A stretch of 64,000 nt of DNA from a bacterium. GTDB lineage: Bacteria > UBA8248. The stretch lies in the NCBI GenBank assembly GCA_965200245.1, contig CBDATS010000015.1:128001-192000 (forward strand), in the 5' to 3' direction. Positions within the stretch are counted from its first letter, which is position 1; the number at the start of each line of letters is the position of its first letter. The translations under genes and the position numbers were made by a program. The notes below the pieces were generated by a model, which was given only the letters and a program-made list of their open reading frames with translations, had not been told where the DNA came from and ran no database searches. Of the stretch, positions 60,578 through 64,000 are shown piece after piece.

Positions 60578-62383
60578 ATGAACAAGGGACAGGGAATCTT
60601 GAGTGAACTTCTGGAAAAAGGAAGAACCCACGACTGCGGAACGCTTCGTGTCTCCGATGTTGGCGACGAGGTCGTTTTGATGGGATGGGCGGGGTCGAGC
60701 CGCGATCACGGTGGATTGATTTTCATCGACCTGCGCGATCGCTATGGAGTCACCCAGGTGGTGGCCGACCCATCCTATGACGAGGCGGCCCACACTCTCG
60801 CCGAACGGGTGCGCGGCGAATGGGTGCTCGCCGTTCAGGGGATTGTCATCAAGCGTCCGGAGGGGATGGCGAACCCCAATCTCGCGACCGGTGAAATTGA
60901 GGTCCGTGTGACGAAACTCGAGGTCTTGAGCGAGGCCAGAACGCCACCCTTTGAAATTCAAGACGATTCCGACGCGGGCGAGGCGCTGCGCCTGCAGTAC
61001 CGCTACCTCGACCTGAGACGGCCCGCCCTGCGGGAGAATTTCCTCAAGCGCCACCGTGCGAGCCAGGTGATCCGGGATTTCCTGACGGAAAACAACTTCG
61101 TTGACGTCGAGACCCCGGTGCTTACGAGGAGTACCCCCGAGGGGGCGAGGGATTATCTGGTGCCGAGCCGCCTCGCGCGCGGAAGTTTCTTTGCGCTTCC
61201 CCAGAGCCCCCAGATGTTCAAGCAGATACTTATGGTGGCGGGTTTCGATCGCTATTTTCAGATTGTGAAATGCTTCCGGGACGAAGACTTGCGGGCCGAC
61301 AGACAGCCCGAGTTCACGCAGATCGACATCGAGTGCTCTTTCCTGAACCGTGAAACCTTCTTTGGACTCATGGAGGGTCTCGTGGCCGCGATATGGAAAG
61401 AGGTAGGCGGGATCGAAATCGAGGTGCCCTTCGCGAGGATTCCTTACGCGGATGCGATTGCGCAGTATGGAACCGACAGGCCGGACAGGCGCTTCGGCAT
61501 GAAGCTGGCCACCATCACCGACGTGGCGCAGGCGAGCGAATTCAAGGTTTTCAAGGGCACTGTGGAAAAGGGCGGCGTGGCGCGCGCCATGGCGGGGCCT
61601 GGCATGGCGTCGGCCTCTCGAAAGGAAATCGACGACATCATTGCGCACGCGCAGGAGTTGGGCGCGGGTGGTCTCGCCTGGGCGAAGCGGACAGAGAACG
61701 GGTATGAGTCGAACATCACCAAGTTTTTTCTGGATGGCCAATTGGAGGAGATTGGCGCGAGAGCAGGAGTGGAGGTTGGCGATCTGTTGATGATGGTGGC
61801 CGACACCCCTGCCGTGAGCGCGTCGGTTCTGGGGCATTTGCGAAACGAACTCGGGACGCGCCTGGGGCTCGTTTCCCGCGACAATGCGAAATTCGATTTT
61901 TGCTGGGTCGTGGATTTTCCGCTTCTCGAATACGATGAGGCGGAAAAGAGATTTCACGCGATGCACCACCCTTTCACTTCGCCCGTGCCCGAGGATGTCG
62001 CGTTGTTCGATTCCGATCCGGGTGCCATCCGCTCCCAGGCCTACGACATGGTCGTGAACGGGAATGAAATCGGCGGTGGCAGCCAGCGGATCCACCAGCG
62101 TGAAGTGCAACAGAAAATGTTCGCCGCACTGGATATGGATGAAGACGAGGCGCAGCGCCGCTTTGGCTTCTTCATGGAAGCGCTGGAATACGGCACGCCG
62201 CCCCACGGGGGAATCGCCTTTGGTCTGGACCGAATCATGATGCTTCTGACGGGCGCACCCTCGATCCGCGACGTCATTGCGTTTCCCAAAACCCAGAAGG
62301 CCACCTGCCTGATGACCGGCGCACCCGCCTCGGTCGATCGTCTCCAACTCCGCGAGTTGGGCATCGACGGGATTTTCCGGTAG
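60578..62383 (+). CDS. aspS: Aspartate--tRNA ligase, probably the non-discriminating Asp/Asn type
   Basis: RDHGGLIFIDLRD, TPEGARDY, LPQSPQ, FRDED and PPHGGIAFGLDR. The His in RDHGG and the Gly in RPEG are typical of non-discriminating enzymes. Confidence 0.98.
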   Translation: MNKGQGILSELLEKGRTHDCGTLRVSDVGDEVVLMGWAGSSRDHGGLIFIDLRDRYGVTQVVADPSYDEAAHTLAERVRGEWVLAVQGIVIKRPEGMANPNLATGEIEVRVTKLEVLSEARTPPFEIQDDSDAGEALRLQYRYLDLRRPALRENFLKRHRASQVIRDFLTENNFVDVETPVLTRSTPEGARDYLVPSRLARGSFFALPQSPQMFKQILMVAGFDRYFQIVKCFRDEDLRADRQPEFTQIDIECSFLNRETFFGLMEGLVAAIWKEVGGIEIEVPFARIPYADAIAQYGTDRPDRRFGMKLATITDVAQASEFKVFKGTVEKGGVARAMAGPGMASASRKEIDDIIAHAQELGAGGLAWAKRTENGYESNITKFFLDGQLEEIGARAGVEVGDLLMMVADTPAVSASVLGHLRNELGTRLGLVSRDNAKFDFCWVVDFPLLEYDEAEKRFHAMHHPFTSPVPEDVALFDSDPGAIRSQAYDMVVNGNEIGGGSQRIHQREVQQKMFAALDMDEDEAQRRFGFFMEALEYGTPPHGGIAFGLDRIMMLLTGAPSIRDVIAFPKTQKATCLMTGAPASVDRLQLRELGIDGIFR

Positions 62384-62436
62384 GCGTCCGCGTGTCGCCG
62401 AGGCAAAGGAAACCTCGTACCCGGGGCGACACGCGC

Positions 62437-63381
62437 ATGATCGACCCCGAAAAAATTCTTGGAAGCCCCGAAGCGCGACTTGAAACGCCCGCAGGTTTCC
62501 GATCCGGCTTCATCGCCATCATCGGACGCCCGAATGTAGGCAAATCCACCCTGCTGAACCGTATTCTCGGAGAAAAACTCGCTATCGTCACCAGAAAACC
62601 CGGAACAACGAGGCGGAAACTTCTCGGCGTGTTGAATACCGAAGACGCGCAGGCGACTTTTTTCGATACACCCGGATTCGAACGCCCTGCCTCAAAACTC
62701 GGGCGGTTTCTGCTCGAAGAGGTGAAAGCCGCCTGCTCGGGAGCCGACCTTATCCTGCTTGTGACGGACGACGCCGAAGGGGAGGTGGATGAAAATGCGC
62801 TCGCGCTGATCGAGGATGCGGACTTGCCCGTGTTTCTCGTCATCAACAAGACGGACCGTATCAAGGAAAAGACAAGACTTTTGCCGGTTTTGGCGAAACA
62901 CTCCGAAAACGGGATATTCAAAAGCGTGTACCCAATCTCTGCGCTCAAGGGAGATAACGTAGGGCCGCTGGTGTCGGACATCATTCAGACGCTGCCCGAG
63001 GGCCCTAGATATTTTTCGCCTGATATGACGACGGACGTGAGCGAAGCGCTCTTGGTAGAAGAATTCATTCGCGAGCAGGTGTATCGCCAACTACACAAGG
63101 AGATTCCCTACGCCGTAGCGGTGAAGGTGAGCGAAATGGAGCGTGACCAACGTTCTGGCCTGTTGCACGTCGAGGCGGAAATCTACGTGGAACGCAAGAG
63201 CCAGCGCGGGATTCTGGTGGGTAAGGGCGGTGCCCAGATCAAGAAAATCGGAGAGTACTCAAGAAAGGAGATCGAGTGGCGTCTTGATGAGCAGACATTT
63301 CTCGGTCTCAAGGTACGAATCAAGCCGAACTGGCGGCAAAAGGATGCCGCGCTTTCCGAACTCGGATATGAGACTGTATAG
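62437..63381 (+). CDS. era: GTPase Era
   Basis: GRPNVGKST, TTR, DTPG, NKTD and KH domain (VGKGGAQIKKIG). Confidence 0.96.
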   Translation: MIDPEKILGSPEARLETPAGFRSGFIAIIGRPNVGKSTLLNRILGEKLAIVTRKPGTTRRKLLGVLNTEDAQATFFDTPGFERPASKLGRFLLEEVKAACSGADLILLVTDDAEGEVDENALALIEDADLPVFLVINKTDRIKEKTRLLPVLAKHSENGIFKSVYPISALKGDNVGPLVSDIIQTLPEGPRYFSPDMTTDVSEALLVEEFIREQVYRQLHKEIPYAVAVKVSEMERDQRSGLLHVEAEIYVERKSQRGILVGKGGAQIKKIGEYSRKEIEWRLDEQTFLGLKVRIKPNWRQKDAALSELGYETV

Positions 63382-63383
63382 GT

Positions 63384-63572
63384 TTAGCGATTTTGTGCGC
63401 GCATGCGTTTTTTGTGCGCGGCGAGTATTTTTCTTTTGCGCTTCACGCTGGGTTTCTCGTAATATTCGCGCTTTTTAATTTCAGTGAGAATTCCAGATTT
63501 TTCGCATTGTTTCTTGAATTGCTTCAAAGCCTTGTCGATGGATTCACCCTCGTGTACTTTTACTCCCGGCAT
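63384..63572 (-). CDS. rpsU: 30S ribosomal protein S21
   Basis: [12 protein letters not shown]...[14 protein letters not shown]. Confidence 0.95.
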   Translation of the reverse strand: MPGVKVHEGESIDKALKQFKKQCEKSGILTEIKKREYYEKPSVKRKRKILAAHKKRMRAQNR

Positions 63573-63706
63573 ATTGGTTCTGGTTCCTCCCGTTTGCGGC
63601 ATGTGGCGACAGAAAATAAAATAGGACTCTCAGGTCGCGAACTGTCTCGCATCCGCCCGATTTCGTCAAGACCTAAATACAAGAAGACCTGTCGGGAGAT
63701 GCTTTC

Positions 63707-64000
63707 TTGGCCATTTTCAGCGACGATGCCATCATCCTCGGCGCAAGACCTTATTCGAATACGAGTTTGATCGTGACGCTTCTCACTAGAGAGAAGGGCA
63801 AGGTGCGTCTGGTGGCGAAGGGCGTCCGTTCGGTGAAATCGAGGGTCGGCGTGGGACTCGAGCCCGCGAGCGAGAGCCATGTCGAGTGGAGCAGGCGCAG
63901 CAACTCGGATTTGGGGTCGTTGCGAAAATGCGAAACGACCCGGATATATCAAAGGCTCTGGAACGATTACGAGGCCATGCAGGCGGCGTCGCGCCTTCTG
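63707..64000 (+). CDS. recO: DNA repair protein RecO (5' part, runs off the window edge)
   Basis: Not in the ORF track. TTG start after GGGAG: MAIFSDDAIILGARPYSNTSLIVTLLTREKGKVRLVAKGVR...LEP, the RecO OB-fold. Lies close to era. Confidence 0.88.
   Translation, partial: MAIFSDDAIILGARPYSNTSLIVTLLTREKGKVRLVAKGVRSVKSRVGVGLEPASESHVEWSRRSNSDLGSLRKCETTRIYQRLWNDYEAMQAASRLL

Noticed and set aside
60518-62347. Long antisense ORFs (609 aa opposite aspS, 429 aa opposite the E2 gene, and others)
   Set aside because: These are shadow frames produced by GC-rich codon usage in real genes and contain no motifs.

Overview
A 64 kb chromosomal segment from a Gram-negative bacterium. A marine or host-associated lineage is a loose guess from the Sel1, TbpB-like, TAXI and ABC content. 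Intact housekeeping blocks: acetoin/pyruvate dehydrogenase-type E1a-E1b-E2, rimP-nusA-ylxR/L7Ae-infB-DUF503-rbfA-truB-rpsO-pnp, ada, hisS, cobB, aspS-era, rpsU and the start of recO. Between them lie catabolic and transport genes (TAXI binding protein, bicupin, amidohydrolases, Liv-type and Fe3+/PotD-type ABC transporters) and several decaying accessory patches. Main points: (1) two selenoproteins missed by the ORF track, an AhpD/CMD-like protein (CxxU) and a FrnE/DsbA-like protein (UxxC), each followed by a SECIS-like hairpin whose GGNC loop starts 21 nt after the UGA; (2) an accessory locus joining a full vitamin K-dependent carboxylase homologue, a DCC1-like DxxCxxC redox protein and a TbpB-like surface protein with a 17-Asp tract, a candidate surface-protein carboxylation system; (3) a decayed XRE-ImmA/PIN module facing a probable multi-ubiquitin gene; (4) an IS256-family element with a 9 bp target duplication inside an amidohydrolase gene. 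I found no rRNA, tRNA or CRISPR array. All calls come from reading motifs by eye; no database searches were run.
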